60,475 bases of DNA from a virus (IMGVR_UViG_3300028034_000003:1-60475), one strand, 5' to 3'. Counted from the stretch's first letter, positions 18,422 through 28,779 are shown. Numbers and translations are program-made. The notes: generated from the letters alone by a model not told the origin.

Positions 18422-20661
18422 TGTACTCCTCTCCTTGCCATTGGTGAAACACTTCTAGATACAGTGCTAGCCACTTCATCAATGTTATCTTCATCAGATT
18501 TGGTATTAACACTCTCAATATTTATAGTGAACACATCTCCGGGCTTTAATTCGCCACGGTCTCTGGCTTTTTGAACTTCTTCTCTTGAACTATATTCTTT
18601 AGCAGGTGTTGCATAAACACCTCTGCGAGGTTTACTGCCTTCATCTATCTTTGAAAGATCAAATTGTTCATACCATGTATTTGCGGCCTTAGAAACACTA
18701 TCGTTGGCATTATCTAAACTTGTGTCTATAGCATCGGCAGATTGTTTTGCTTCCGACATTGCGCCAGTATATTCTTCTATGTGTCTCAAATCTTCTATAT
18801 CAATAGGGTCAAATTCGAGATATGATGAAACATCTAATTTACCTTTAACGTCTTCACCCATCTTCTCAAACATTTCACCCATGCCTTTGCGGGCTTTATC
18901 AACATCATATGTTTTTAGAGTGGGTTCTAAGCCGATGCTTTCACGTATTTTATTTACGCCTTCAATTAATTTATTTGTAACTTTAAATAATTGTTCCATC
19001 ATCCACCAGAAGCCATCAACAATGTCTGTAATGATGTCTTTAGTGTAATCTCTAATGCCACCGAAATTGGTTATCCATGCGGCTGCTAATACGGCTATTA
19101 CACCAGTCAATATGACTATTGGCCAATTTATTGCTGCTACAAGTCCTGCTATTGCAGATAATACAGGTATAGAGCCAGTCAATACTCCGGTTAATATCAA
19201 CCATGCAGATTGAATACTTATTAAAAGTGGATATAGATATGAAAATGTTATTACTGCTAATCCAAGGGTTACTACAAATTTGGTTATTTGTGGATGTTTG
19301 TCTATCCAATCAAAAAATACTGCTAATGCTACTGTAACATCATTTATAGCATCTTTTAAAGAATCAAAAGAACTTTCACCAGTTGGGAGTATATCAAATA
19401 CATCTTCCATTATACCTTTAAGGCTATCCATTATAGAAAATACAGCATTTATAGCAGGCTCTAAATCTTTTACAGTTTCCCAAAAAGAATTAAATGCTGG
19501 CTCTACTTCAGCAATTAATGCTAAAGTTATTTCACGTAATACAAGATATAAATTTCTAAGAATTGGTGCAAATTGTTTACCTATTACTATTTGCAAATCA
19601 CCAACAGCAGACTTGAGAAGTGTCATAGTACCTCTCAATGTATCCAATTGTTTTTTAGCCATATCGGCAGCAGAACCTTCTGGGCTTGCAAGTATAGCCA
19701 TCAATTCTTCATAACGTTCAAAATTTTCTATAAGTGCCCCAATACCCGGCTGAGCCTCTTTACCAAATATAACAGTACCTTGAGTAGCGGTCATTCCCGC
19801 ATCTCTTAACTGTTTAATTAAATTATATATATTGTTTCCTGCTTTACCCGGGTCTAAATCTTCAATAGATAAGCCTAATTCTTCAATGGCTCTTTGTGAT
19901 TTAGCGGTAGGAGATGCTAAACGTCCTAAAGACATACGAAGTGAACGACCAGCCTGTTCACCACGAAGACCAGAGTTATACATTACACCTAATGCGGCTG
20001 ATACTTCTTCAACACTGTTACCATACTGACTAGCAATAGTACCAGCATATTTCATAGAAAGTCCAAGTTTTTCTAAAGTTGCTTTAGAACTACCAATGGC
20101 TTTAGCAAAAACATCAGCAACATGTGAACTTTCTTCAAATTCTAATCCAAACTGGCCCAATGATGCGGTAACATGTTCAGTAGTACGTCTTAAATCTTCC
20201 TGAGTAGCAGCAGCAAGATCAAGCACTGGCTTCAAATCACCAGAAACCATATCTGTTACATTATATCCCATTGAAGCAACATCATAAAGAGCATCTGCGG
20301 CATCCTGAGCACTAAATACAGTTGTTTTAGCAAGTGTCCTTGCCATATCTTCAATATTATTTTTTGTTGCTTGAAATTGTTCACCAAATGTACCAGTAAC
20401 AGAAGCAGCATTAGCAACAGTTTGTTCAAATTCTTCAAATGCACTTATAGATGTAGCCAAACCTACTGAGGCCATCGCACCTGCGGCAACCCCTACTACA
20501 GCAAATGCCTTAACCATGGCTGCTGTAGCAGCCCTTACTTTAGCGGCTGATGCTGCAACTACCTTGTCAAATTGATGCATTTTCATTTCTACTGCTGTAA
20601 TACCAGCAATTGCACCATCTATATCTGAGCCTAATTTAATTACAGCATCCTCGCCAACCAT
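18418..20661 (-). CDS. Tail tape measure protein (TP901 family)
   Basis: Ala-rich helical protein with FSAQDAADAL and G..GEQAGRSLR, plus a hydrophobic segment. Confidence 0.92.
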   Translation of the reverse strand: MVGEDAVIKLGSDIDGAIAGITAVEMKMHQFDKVVAASAAKVRAATAAMVKAFAVVGVAAGAMASVGLATSISAFEEFEQTVANAASVTGTFGEQFQATKNNIEDMARTLAKTTVFSAQDAADALYDVASMGYNVTDMVSGDLKPVLDLAAATQEDLRRTTEHVTASLGQFGLEFEESSHVADVFAKAIGSSKATLEKLGLSMKYAGTIASQYGNSVEEVSAALGVMYNSGLRGEQAGRSLRMSLGRLASPTAKSQRAIEELGLSIEDLDPGKAGNNIYNLIKQLRDAGMTATQGTVIFGKEAQPGIGALIENFERYEELMAILASPEGSAADMAKKQLDTLRGTMTLLKSAVGDLQIVIGKQFAPILRNLYLVLREITLALIAEVEPAFNSFWETVKDLEPAINAVFSIMDSLKGIMEDVFDILPTGESSFDSLKDAINDVTVALAVFFDWIDKHPQITKFVVTLGLAVITFSYLYPLLISIQSAWLILTGVLTGSIPVLSAIAGLVAAINWPIVILTGVIAVLAAAWITNFGGIRDYTKDIITDIVDGFWWMMEQLFKVTNKLIEGVNKIRESIGLEPTLKTYDVDKARKGMGEMFEKMGEDVKGKLDVSSYLEFDPIDIEDLRHIEEYTGAMSEAKQSADAIDTSLDNANDSVSKAANTWYEQFDLSKIDEGSKPRRGVYATPAKEYSSREEVQKARDRGELKPGDVFTINIESVNTKSDEDNIDEVASTVSRSVSPMARRGVQ

Positions 20662-20663
20662 TT

Positions 20664-22451
20664 TTATAATCTCCCAACTAATTCACGTCTTGCTTCAGAT
20701 TCTACCATTATCTGATGTGCCAAATCTTTTGGGAAATTCTTATTTGGAGATGAAATTGGTAACCACACCACATAGTCAACATAAATGTTATTTGAAGTTG
20801 TAGTATTTTTAAAAAGTTCAAGGCTTAATACGTCACCTTCAACTGCTTCTGTAAATGTAACATCAAATATATAATATTCCCATCCCAATGATAAAGTTTT
20901 ATTTTCTGTAGCAAAAATACTTGCTTCAGTTTTATTCCTAATATTCATAGTAAGGTCATCAGTCACAGCACTATCCTGTTTAGCCCTAACTACTAATTTA
21001 TATGTACCCAATGGTAAATCAGTACCTAAACCAAAATCATTATAACACATTTCGTCTTGTGCATCAAATTTAACAGCACTATCGCCACTAGCATCTCCAC
21101 CAGAATATAATGATGCACCATTGGCTGTAGTCATATCTTCACATTCGATATAAATATCAGAATTATCAAAAGTTATTCCACCAAAAAACACAGTTGCCGC
21201 ATCTGTATTATAATCATCAGAATAAATCCCCAATTCATCTTTCTTAACTTCAGATGTGACAGTCATAGTTTTTGGCGTAGCAAACAATTTGATTCCTGAT
21301 GTATCAGTTCCTTCAAGGTGTAGGGCATAATTGTCATTATCAAATGTTTGTGATATGTATGTAGGGCTAGGATAATCAATATTATCCATTTCATTATCAA
21401 TGAATGGTGTCTCAGAGTCAGGTATGTATTTAAATCTGCACTGAATACTACTAAACAATTCATCATTTGCCGAATATTCTATTTTAGCAAATGGTTTGCC
21501 TCTAATTATAGTTATAGTGGCACTATAAGGCTGATTATCATCACCCAATTCATTGAATGTTGTATAACTTTTGACTACAATTTTATCTTGGCTATATTCT
21601 AAAAATACTGGATTATAACTCTCTATAGGATAAATATCAGTTCTATCTGATATAGTGACCCATGCAGAATCTATGCTATTCCAATAATACAGAATTGGCC
21701 CATCAACTCTATCAATAAATTTTATTCTGACTAACCCATTTTCTATTACAGTGTCACCATCAAATGAATGTGTGGTATTATATACACGTTCCCACAAAGT
21801 CTCATCTGTTTCACCAGCAGTCATTGTGTCAAATATTTTGCATTCACCTGCTTCATATTCATCAGAATTAAAATCAAATTCTACCATAGTAGTATCATTA
21901 CTTTTAATGAGTGGTAATGTACCATCTTTTGTTTCAAATTCAATAGACGTTAAATCAGTGCTATATGAAACTCCTATAGGGAGTGGCATATAATTATCTA
22001 CACCATCAGTGCCCAAAGTAAATGAAAAATCATTATCTATAACTGTTGGATATGAAAATACTATTCTAGGCCTATATCTTTTAGCATCAAGGAAATAACC
22101 ATCTATTCTATAATCTCTGGATAATGGTGTTTCAGCATCCTTTGGAATGTTCACACTATCAACAGAAAGCCATCCACTTTCACTATTAAAGTCATGAATA
22201 TAATTATATGCTGCCCTACGATGTAAAAGCGATCTTATATCACTAGCATATCCATCAGCACTCTTTGGAGAAATAGATGTTCGTATAACTGTACCCATTA
22301 GCGTAGCATCATAAATAGGGTTAGGGAACTCAGCAAAATGTGGTGGAGTAGTTTTATCAATATGCCTAACTATTTGTACTGTCCGACTTCCATCTCTAAC
22401 ATCAAAATCAGAGATGAATGGTATCCACACATCTCCTATAAAAATTCCCAT
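20664..22451 (-). CDS. Minor tail protein with a putative carbohydrate-binding C-terminal domain
   Basis: In the tail operon; YIECED...ASGDSAV and GTYKLVVRAK..YVDYV CBM-like sandwich. Confidence 0.55.
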   Translation of the reverse strand: MGIFIGDVWIPFISDFDVRDGSRTVQIVRHIDKTTPPHFAEFPNPIYDATLMGTVIRTSISPKSADGYASDIRSLLHRRAAYNYIHDFNSESGWLSVDSVNIPKDAETPLSRDYRIDGYFLDAKRYRPRIVFSYPTVIDNDFSFTLGTDGVDNYMPLPIGVSYSTDLTSIEFETKDGTLPLIKSNDTTMVEFDFNSDEYEAGECKIFDTMTAGETDETLWERVYNTTHSFDGDTVIENGLVRIKFIDRVDGPILYYWNSIDSAWVTISDRTDIYPIESYNPVFLEYSQDKIVVKSYTTFNELGDDNQPYSATITIIRGKPFAKIEYSANDELFSSIQCRFKYIPDSETPFIDNEMDNIDYPSPTYISQTFDNDNYALHLEGTDTSGIKLFATPKTMTVTSEVKKDELGIYSDDYNTDAATVFFGGITFDNSDIYIECEDMTTANGASLYSGGDASGDSAVKFDAQDEMCYNDFGLGTDLPLGTYKLVVRAKQDSAVTDDLTMNIRNKTEASIFATENKTLSLGWEYYIFDVTFTEAVEGDVLSLELFKNTTTSNNIYVDYVVWLPISSPNKNFPKDLAHQIMVESEARRELVGRL

Positions 22452-22457
22452 TTAATA

Positions 22458-22673
22458 TCACCTTTTATTATTCTTAGATTCCCTACGCATTACCCAACTG
22501 AATGCTAAGACATCTTCCTCAGCCATTTCATCCATCTCAATTTTGGATATTCCTTGGTTTTTGCAAAAAGTGTATTCGCTGATTCTGGTATCGGTTGTAC
22601 CTTTACCGTTTACAGATAAATTTACACTTTTTACAAAATCTCTGGCTGATGGTAAAATATCTCTTATTTTCAT
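22458..22673 (-). CDS. Tail assembly chaperone C-terminal extension (T-like, reached by -1 frameshift)
   Basis: In the -1 frame of the upstream gene and open from the slippery site. Confidence 0.7.
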   Translation of the reverse strand: MKIRDILPSARDFVKSVNLSVNGKGTTDTRISEYTFCKNQGISKIEMDEMAEEDVLAFSWVMRRESKNNKR

Positions 22674-22681
22674 CTCCGATT

Positions 22682-23104
22682 TTACAGTTCCATTACTTGA
22701 TTGTTTCTGGTCAAGTCGGTATTTGTAGGATAGATATTGAAAAAATCCTCTGCCGTTTTACCTCCTAAAGCCTCTTTTGACTTTTCATAGAGTTCTATAA
22801 ATTCATCAGCATAAATTTCATCTTTAACTTCCTGCAATGTGGAATAATCCAAATCAGTAGCAAGCATAATAGTCTGATCTACTTCCAAATCTGTTTTAAG
22901 ATTAGAAAGTTTTATTGCTATGTTTGGGTCGCTAGCAATCTGTTCTTTCAGATAATCAGAAATACTTTTAGATGGGTCAACATTTTTAATATCGACCATC
23001 TTCATTATTTCCTTAGTCATTATATTCCTTGCTTCCATAACAGACCTATGTTTTGGCCTTTCTGTAAATTTTACTTTCATATCATTTATTGTCATTGGTT
23101 TCAT
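22682..23104 (-). CDS. Tail assembly chaperone (G-like)
   Basis: Follows the major tail protein and contains a slippery heptamer near its 3' end. Confidence 0.75.
   Translation of the reverse strand: MKPMTINDMKVKFTERPKHRSVMEARNIMTKEIMKMVDIKNVDPSKSISDYLKEQIASDPNIAIKLSNLKTDLEVDQTIMLATDLDYSTLQEVKDEIYADEFIELYEKSKEALGGKTAEDFFNIYPTNTDLTRNNQVMEL
22739..22745 (-). other. Programmed -1 ribosomal frameshift site T-TTT-TTC
   Basis: X-XXY-YYZ heptamer in the correct phase (GAT TTT TTC). The -1 frame has TAA four codons upstream and is open into 22458-22673. Confidence 0.75.
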
Positions 23105-23115
23105 TAAATTCCTCC

Positions 23116-24018
23116 TTATACTATTGTCAAATCTACGTTACTTGCACTAAGTGGCATTGCAATTACATCATCTGGGTCAAGTGTTTCATCCCAATCTCCA
23201 TCCCATTTTATGTCAGAGAATGTGAAAGTTTTTCCACCTGCTGCAAATTCAAAAGTATGACCAGCACCATCAAGAATATCTGGGGCAACTGTCAGGTCAT
23301 CAAGTGTCATATTTAGTGTTAGGCTGATGTTACGCTGACCAAATGACCAAGCGGCAGTATTGCTATCATATGAAGAGCCTGCATCCTTTATAGGTGTTGC
23401 TTCGTACTCTATTCCAAATGTTAGACTATCTATTGTCATACCATTGGAAGTGGTATCACCAGAATCATAAGATACTGAAGATAAATCACCGAATTTAATT
23501 GCATCACCAGATGGGCATGCTGCATGTGAGCCTGTACCATCAACATAATCAGTAGCACTAAATCCACTTGCCGTAGCAAACATTGCTTCCAAAGTTGCTT
23601 CTGCTACACTTTCAGATGCTATTGTACATTCATATCTATTAAAGCATCCACCATTCAGAATTTCATACTGATCACCTACAATAGTTCCCATGGCAATATT
23701 AAAAATATTGTCACCTATTGCATATGTAGATGAATCTGCTGCACACAAAATATATGGCAGAACAGTCCAATCTGTCGGGTTCATTGTGATAGTTGCTGCA
23801 AATGCTTCAGAAACTTTCTGAGTATATGTTGATTGTAGTCTGTCACCTTCTGTATCGCATTTCAAATAAGGAATCTTTGCGGGGGTCATTGTTTTCTTTA
23901 CGGCGATATTGTTAACATATCCACCAAATCCAACAAAAGTTGGGTCTGTTGGAGTAGTTCCAAATGAAGCCTCTTCAATAAATTCCCCGACTTTCTTCGT
24001 AGAGCCATCTAGTACCAT
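23116..24018 (-). CDS. Major tail tube protein
   Basis: ~300 aa, E...FG.TP start, T/G/D-rich beta composition, position. Confidence 0.8.
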   Translation of the reverse strand: MVLDGSTKKVGEFIEEASFGTTPTDPTFVGFGGYVNNIAVKKTMTPAKIPYLKCDTEGDRLQSTYTQKVSEAFAATITMNPTDWTVLPYILCAADSSTYAIGDNIFNIAMGTIVGDQYEILNGGCFNRYECTIASESVAEATLEAMFATASGFSATDYVDGTGSHAACPSGDAIKFGDLSSVSYDSGDTTSNGMTIDSLTFGIEYEATPIKDAGSSYDSNTAAWSFGQRNISLTLNMTLDDLTVAPDILDGAGHTFEFAAGGKTFTFSDIKWDGDWDETLDPDDVIAMPLSASNVDLTIV

Positions 24019-24021
24019 TGT

Positions 24022-24567
24022 TTACACCTCGTAGGTTATATTTAATATAAAAGTATTTCTATAGACATGTTTTCGTGTTGCAATAGTCGATAAGTCAGCG
24101 ACTTTTGTTCCTTTCACTCTATCATTTATTACTACTCCATATGATATTAAATCATCTACAGAAGCAGCAATAGTATCAAGAATTTCTCTGACCATATAAT
24201 CTAAAACAACTTTCCCATTAATATATACGCCGCCAGATGCACGATTATCAATAGGAATAGAGAAAACATTAATATTTAATCTAGCCATCTTTAATTTAAC
24301 TTCACCCATATCTAAGATAAACTCATTAGTATCACGATATTTTAAAGTTATCAAAGGATAAGTAGCATTGCTATAAAGTGGTTCAGATTCACGCCCTTCA
24401 GGAATCATCTGATTTTCGTACATACAAGATGCACTAACAGTTTCAGAATTAATTGTAAAAGTTTTAGGTATTATATCATAGATAGCCTTTTTCTGAGATT
24501 CTGTCATATACACTTGTATCAAGTCCTTCTTGATGGGAGCGGATAAAATTTTGAGTGAGTCCTTCAC
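24022..24567 (-). CDS. Tail terminator-like protein
   Basis: Position before the tail tube gene, size, YPLITL motif. Confidence 0.55.
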   Translation of the reverse strand: MKDSLKILSAPIKKDLIQVYMTESQKKAIYDIIPKTFTINSETVSASCMYENQMIPEGRESEPLYSNATYPLITLKYRDTNEFILDMGEVKLKMARLNINVFSIPIDNRASGGVYINGKVVLDYMVREILDTIAASVDDLISYGVVINDRVKGTKVADLSTIATRKHVYRNTFILNITYEV

Positions 24568-24594
24568 TCAAAGTAATATACGACTTGATACTAT

Positions 24595-25029
24595 TTAAGT
24601 TTTACTAGAACTCAGCCCAATAAAAGGTATATACTGGTTTTCAAGTTTACCACGTTCCATATCTCCTTTAGAAACCATATTTATAAAAGTTTTAGCAGTT
24701 TCATAAAGTGCCCGCTCTTTTGCTCTGGCATCGGATGTAGAGCGAATCTGTGGTATCCCTTCAGTTCCAGTGGCAGGTGTAAAATAGCCATCAGCCATCG
24801 TACCCGCAACATCTTGGATTGGCCTATCTAAATATGCGAGATATGCAAGATAGCCTCCTAATGCACGAATGGCTGAATCAGTTTCAGAATCAGTAGCATC
24901 ACTACGTTTGATATAAGAAATGTAGGCAGTAGCCTGCTCAATAGCACCCTGAATAGCATTATCACTCATATCAGATTCAGGAATGTCATTGAGCGGATAA
25001 ATACGAATATCTGCTACTGTTACAGTCAT
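24595..25029 (-). CDS. Head-tail adaptor-like protein
   Basis: Helical protein starting MTVTVADIR, downstream of the capsid genes. Confidence 0.5.
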   Translation of the reverse strand: MTVTVADIRIYPLNDIPESDMSDNAIQGAIEQATAYISYIKRSDATDSETDSAIRALGGYLAYLAYLDRPIQDVAGTMADGYFTPATGTEGIPQIRSTSDARAKERALYETAKTFINMVSKGDMERGKLENQYIPFIGLSSSKT

Positions 25030-25033
25030 TTAA

Positions 25034-25402
25034 TCACTTCTTAGTGGATGCAGATTTCTTAGATGTGGTTTTCTTGGGTTCTTCCTTTGGTATCATATCA
25101 GCAACAGTTTCACCTTTATCATTATCCTTCAGTTCTCCTTTTTTTGGTTCTTCAGGTTCTTCGGCTACTGGCTGCTCAAATACCGGGGCAGTCACAACTT
25201 CAACAGATGATTTAAGTTTCTTTACAACTTTTTCTGGGAAAGATACTTCTTCACCCCTTCTATAAATCTTCTGTTTAGTTTCTTCGTATTTATTGCCATA
25301 CATATCAGTCTTAGTTTCGACAACTGGTTTACCAGTCTTTTTGTCAAACTCTTCGATCATAATTTTTTTGGCAGTTACTACGCATTTCAAAAATTTAACC
25401 AT
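25034..25402 (-). CDS. Hypothetical virion-associated protein
   Basis: Directly after the MCP; K/E-rich tail. Confidence 0.6.
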   Translation of the reverse strand: MVKFLKCVVTAKKIMIEEFDKKTGKPVVETKTDMYGNKYEETKQKIYRRGEEVSFPEKVVKKLKSSVEVVTAPVFEQPVAEEPEEPKKGELKDNDKGETVADMIPKEEPKKTTSKKSASTKK

Positions 25403-25464
25403 TTGATTATACCTCCGACTAATAGATTGATTTAAAAATATAAAAAGGTTGCCTTTTCAGGCAA

Positions 25465-26343
25465 TTAAATGTCGGAAAGTTTACAGAATGCCACATCATT
25501 TCTGATACGGGGCACAAGTGCTTCCATTACACGGCCAAACACATTTCCAGATTTCTCAAGTGTTTCCATGGACATGGTTACATCCTGTGCAATTGCGAGA
25601 TCAGCATACTGAGTATCAGGTGTAGCACAAAGTAGTCCAGTACCAGCAGTCATGGTTGGGGTAACATATACATTTCCACCGCCAACACCAACTTCACCGG
25701 GTGTACCATCACCAGCACCACCTCTAATCATTTCACGGACAATATCAAGTTCAGATTTGTCAGAGGTAGTTGCCCTTGGCCCTACAATCTCATTGTACTG
25801 TTCTTCGTTAAGCACGAGGTTGTATGGTGGGTAGATTTTATCAGCCATGAGGAGTTGCATAGCACCCTTCACAGCAGCGATTGCATTACCTGCCGTACCA
25901 AAGTCCATGGTAGTACTGTAGTCGTTACCAGCGCCATCGTATAGCCCGTTATAGTCTCCCTTACCAGTTATGATAAGTTCATCTTCAAGTTCGGCAACTT
26001 TGGCTGCGGCTGCCTCAGCATTAGATGTGTCCAAAGGCTGACCAGTCCTACGTGAGGATGCAAGGTCACGACTATCAATTTCAAATTCCTTGTGAATAAT
26101 TGGAATGTCGATCTTGGAATTTGTATATCCTACACTGTCCTGATTCTCAGTAAGTTTCATACTGAGTGCAGCGTCAGACATATCGTTCAGTTTGTTGTAA
26201 TCAATCTGCTGTACACCGATTCCAAATGGAGAGCCCGGGGCAATTGCGATTAGATTACGACCTATAATCTTTTTCCTGATAACGTTTGTTACAACGTCAT
26301 CATACATTGTGTACTGTTGTTCAGTAAGTGGATGTCCTGCCAT
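25465..26343 (-). CDS. Major capsid protein, HK97 fold, encapsulin/Linocin_M18-like
   Basis: IPIIHKEFEIDSRDL...GQPLDTSNAEAAAAKVAELEDELIITG resembles family-1 encapsulins; lies in the head module. Confidence 0.85.
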   Translation of the reverse strand: MAGHPLTEQQYTMYDDVVTNVIRKKIIGRNLIAIAPGSPFGIGVQQIDYNKLNDMSDAALSMKLTENQDSVGYTNSKIDIPIIHKEFEIDSRDLASSRRTGQPLDTSNAEAAAAKVAELEDELIITGKGDYNGLYDGAGNDYSTTMDFGTAGNAIAAVKGAMQLLMADKIYPPYNLVLNEEQYNEIVGPRATTSDKSELDIVREMIRGGAGDGTPGEVGVGGGNVYVTPTMTAGTGLLCATPDTQYADLAIAQDVTMSMETLEKSGNVFGRVMEALVPRIRNDVAFCKLSDI

Positions 26344-26790
26344 TTAAATCAAACTCCTTATCCTTATTGCACCTGCTGAAGAAATTGTCTCCTCAGCCAC
26401 ACCTACAATCATGTCAGGTGTCATAGTGGCGTCATCGAATGCAGCAACTTTTCCATCTGCTGCGGCTGCTACACGGGCACCTTTATCTACTGCTCCAGCA
26501 GCAGTTGCTATAACATGAATGCCGGGGCCATTAATCACAGTTGCCATATCACCGGCTTCATATGCAGTGTCAATATCATCTGGTTTATAAGTAGCATACG
26601 TCTGCTCATATCCCAAAAATCCGATTGCGTCTCCTGCGGCTGTACCGATTGCACATTCGTCATCGGCTGTACCTGCTTTTACCAGTCTGCCGGGCTTACA
26701 TTCGGTTACAGTTCCAGTTACAGTGAGAACCTGAATATTAGGTGTACCACTAGCAACAACTTTATTATTTGGATTTACAAAATTTCCCAT
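26344..26790 (-). CDS. Capsid decoration/cement protein
   Basis: Ala/Gly-rich 148-aa protein between scaffold and MCP. Confidence 0.7.
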   Translation of the reverse strand: MGNFVNPNNKVVASGTPNIQVLTVTGTVTECKPGRLVKAGTADDECAIGTAAGDAIGFLGYEQTYATYKPDDIDTAYEAGDMATVINGPGIHVIATAAGAVDKGARVAAAADGKVAAFDDATMTPDMIVGVAEETISSAGAIRIRSLI

Positions 26791-26809
26791 AATTTATTCC
26801 TCCGAGTAA

Positions 26810-28132
26810 TTATTTGCTGACCCATTTGCCATTGACAATTCCGCCAATGGTAAAGCCATCAGATTTCTTTCCTGCCTCAGGTGCAGTAAATTCACTTGCC
26901 TCAATTTCCTCTTCAGGCTCTTCTTCCTGTTCGCTTGCCTTTGCCTCTTCCTGTACAGCAATGGCACGTTTCACAGATGCATGAATAGTCTGAATAGTAG
27001 CGAGTGGCATTCCTTCTTCGGGTTCAAATTCTGGATCCCAAGCCTTAATTTCCTCAACAAGTGATGCAGCAATCTCACTGTCACGCCTATTGATTTCATC
27101 CTTAAGTTCTTTGATTTCAGAATCTTTTGCCTCAATCTCATCCTTATGTGTATCTTCAAGACTTTTCATCTTTGCTTCGAGGGCTTCATAATCAGCCTTC
27201 GCAATTACTTCGGGTTCGCTATCATTTGCCATAGAGATTTCTCCATTAGTAGTAGATTTATTTACGCTAATATTTACGGTATATTCTGGTGTACCAGATA
27301 CAGTATCCCCAACTTTCGTATCGGAATATTCAAGTAGTTCATAACTGCCTTCGCCGTAATAAGTAACGTAATTGGTAATTTGCCGTTCAACATCTTTTTC
27401 AGATTCACCCATATCATCCCAAATGACTACTTCATCAATTTTTATTGTGTCGCCTGCATCATTTGTTCGGGCTAAATCGTACTCAGATGATTTGATCTTT
27501 TCTTGCCTCTTTTCGCTTGCGGTAACAATTTTTTCATCAAATTGTTCTTTGGCAAGAATACCGCATCCATCTTTTGCTGGACATGCTGGCTGTTCAGGGT
27601 AAAAAATTATCCCAACTCCAGTACCATCAAAAGAGAGAATATTTCCATCATCATCACTGTCAAGTACATTTGCTTCAATAGAAACACCGGTTGGTTCACC
27701 GTCACGAATACGTTTAGCAGTTTCTTCATTATCTACTTTAATATTCATCATAACCATTTGCGTTTCTTCATCATACCATGAAGATACAATGACACCATCA
27801 TCCAATCTTCCATGATTGAGAGTAATAATCCCATCATTCCATGATTCAGCATATGTTTTAAGTGCTTCTTCTGTAAAAACATATTTTTTACCATATGCAC
27901 CAAAAGATTTACTTCCAACCTTTGCTGCTGCTATTGTAAAAATATTTTCATCTTCAGTAGCGATAATTTTTATAGGTATGGTTGATGTAACACTACCCAC
28001 ATTATTATCTTCAGTTATATCATCACTCCCTTCTACCTGTTCCTGTATTTCAGCACAGTATGCCTCTGGGTCTTCTTTATCCTGATTCTGCTTCACACAA
28101 TCTTTAAAGTTTTCATAGGGCCCAAAAGGCAT
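26810..28132 (-). CDS. Prohead protease/scaffold fusion
   Basis: ITLNH, G.SIE and GIIFYP..PAC protease-like region followed by an acidic coiled coil. Confidence 0.65.
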   Translation of the reverse strand: MPFGPYENFKDCVKQNQDKEDPEAYCAEIQEQVEGSDDITEDNNVGSVTSTIPIKIIATEDENIFTIAAAKVGSKSFGAYGKKYVFTEEALKTYAESWNDGIITLNHGRLDDGVIVSSWYDEETQMVMMNIKVDNEETAKRIRDGEPTGVSIEANVLDSDDDGNILSFDGTGVGIIFYPEQPACPAKDGCGILAKEQFDEKIVTASEKRQEKIKSSEYDLARTNDAGDTIKIDEVVIWDDMGESEKDVERQITNYVTYYGEGSYELLEYSDTKVGDTVSGTPEYTVNISVNKSTTNGEISMANDSEPEVIAKADYEALEAKMKSLEDTHKDEIEAKDSEIKELKDEINRRDSEIAASLVEEIKAWDPEFEPEEGMPLATIQTIHASVKRAIAVQEEAKASEQEEEPEEEIEASEFTAPEAGKKSDGFTIGGIVNGKWVSK

Positions 28133-28228
28133 TCATTCACCTCGTATAGTCCTATATCCCTTTATATAACTAACCCTATATTAATCTTTCTATTTTATGT
28201 AAAGTTTTATAGGTTTGTATTTAATATT

Positions 28229-28326
28229 GGCCTTATTCTCTATATATTAAAGTAAACAGAATTATTTTATTTCTGTGTACTTTAAGCATAGGGTGTAATA
28301 AAAAATTGAGAAATTATTACTCTCAG
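28229..28326 (-). promoter_or_regulatory. ~98-bp promoter/operator module, copy 2, upstream of the capsid operon
   Basis: Reverse complement of 8762-8859 with a few substitutions. Confidence 0.75.
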
Positions 28327-28779
28327 TTATATTTGTCCTTTCATTGTTTCATCAAACAGCAAAGTGATGCCTTTTTTCTCTCTTTCCCATGTTGGTTGAA
28401 TAAATGGTCTAGCAGGAATATTAGCATCTGGTGCTCCATATTCATGCACTAATGCTATTGCTGCTCTATCATCAGGTGCATCTTCATGAACACCTACAGT
28501 AATATATTTACCATGATCACGATACTCAATAGAGTCACGCATTGCACCACTTTCTATCAAAATTTTACTATGTCCTTTACGAGAAATAGTGACTGGACTT
28601 AATACAGGCCAGTCACCCAATTCTTCATCTATTGTACGTTTCATCTCAGATTCTAATTTTCTACCAGCCACCTCTTTAGCGACTTCTTCACCCGCTTTTA
28701 ATGCTGCGATAGTTTTTGCTAATTTGGAAAATGCTTTTCTACCTGAAAATTTAACTTTTATCATCCTCAAGTTCCCCAA
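28327..28779 (-). CDS. HK97 gp10-like / virion morphogenesis protein
   Basis: ILIESGAMRDSI, HEYGAP and IPARPFIQP motifs. Confidence 0.8.
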   Translation of the reverse strand: MGNLRMIKVKFSGRKAFSKLAKTIAALKAGEEVAKEVAGRKLESEMKRTIDEELGDWPVLSPVTISRKGHSKILIESGAMRDSIEYRDHGKYITVGVHEDAPDDRAAIALVHEYGAPDANIPARPFIQPTWEREKKGITLLFDETMKGQI

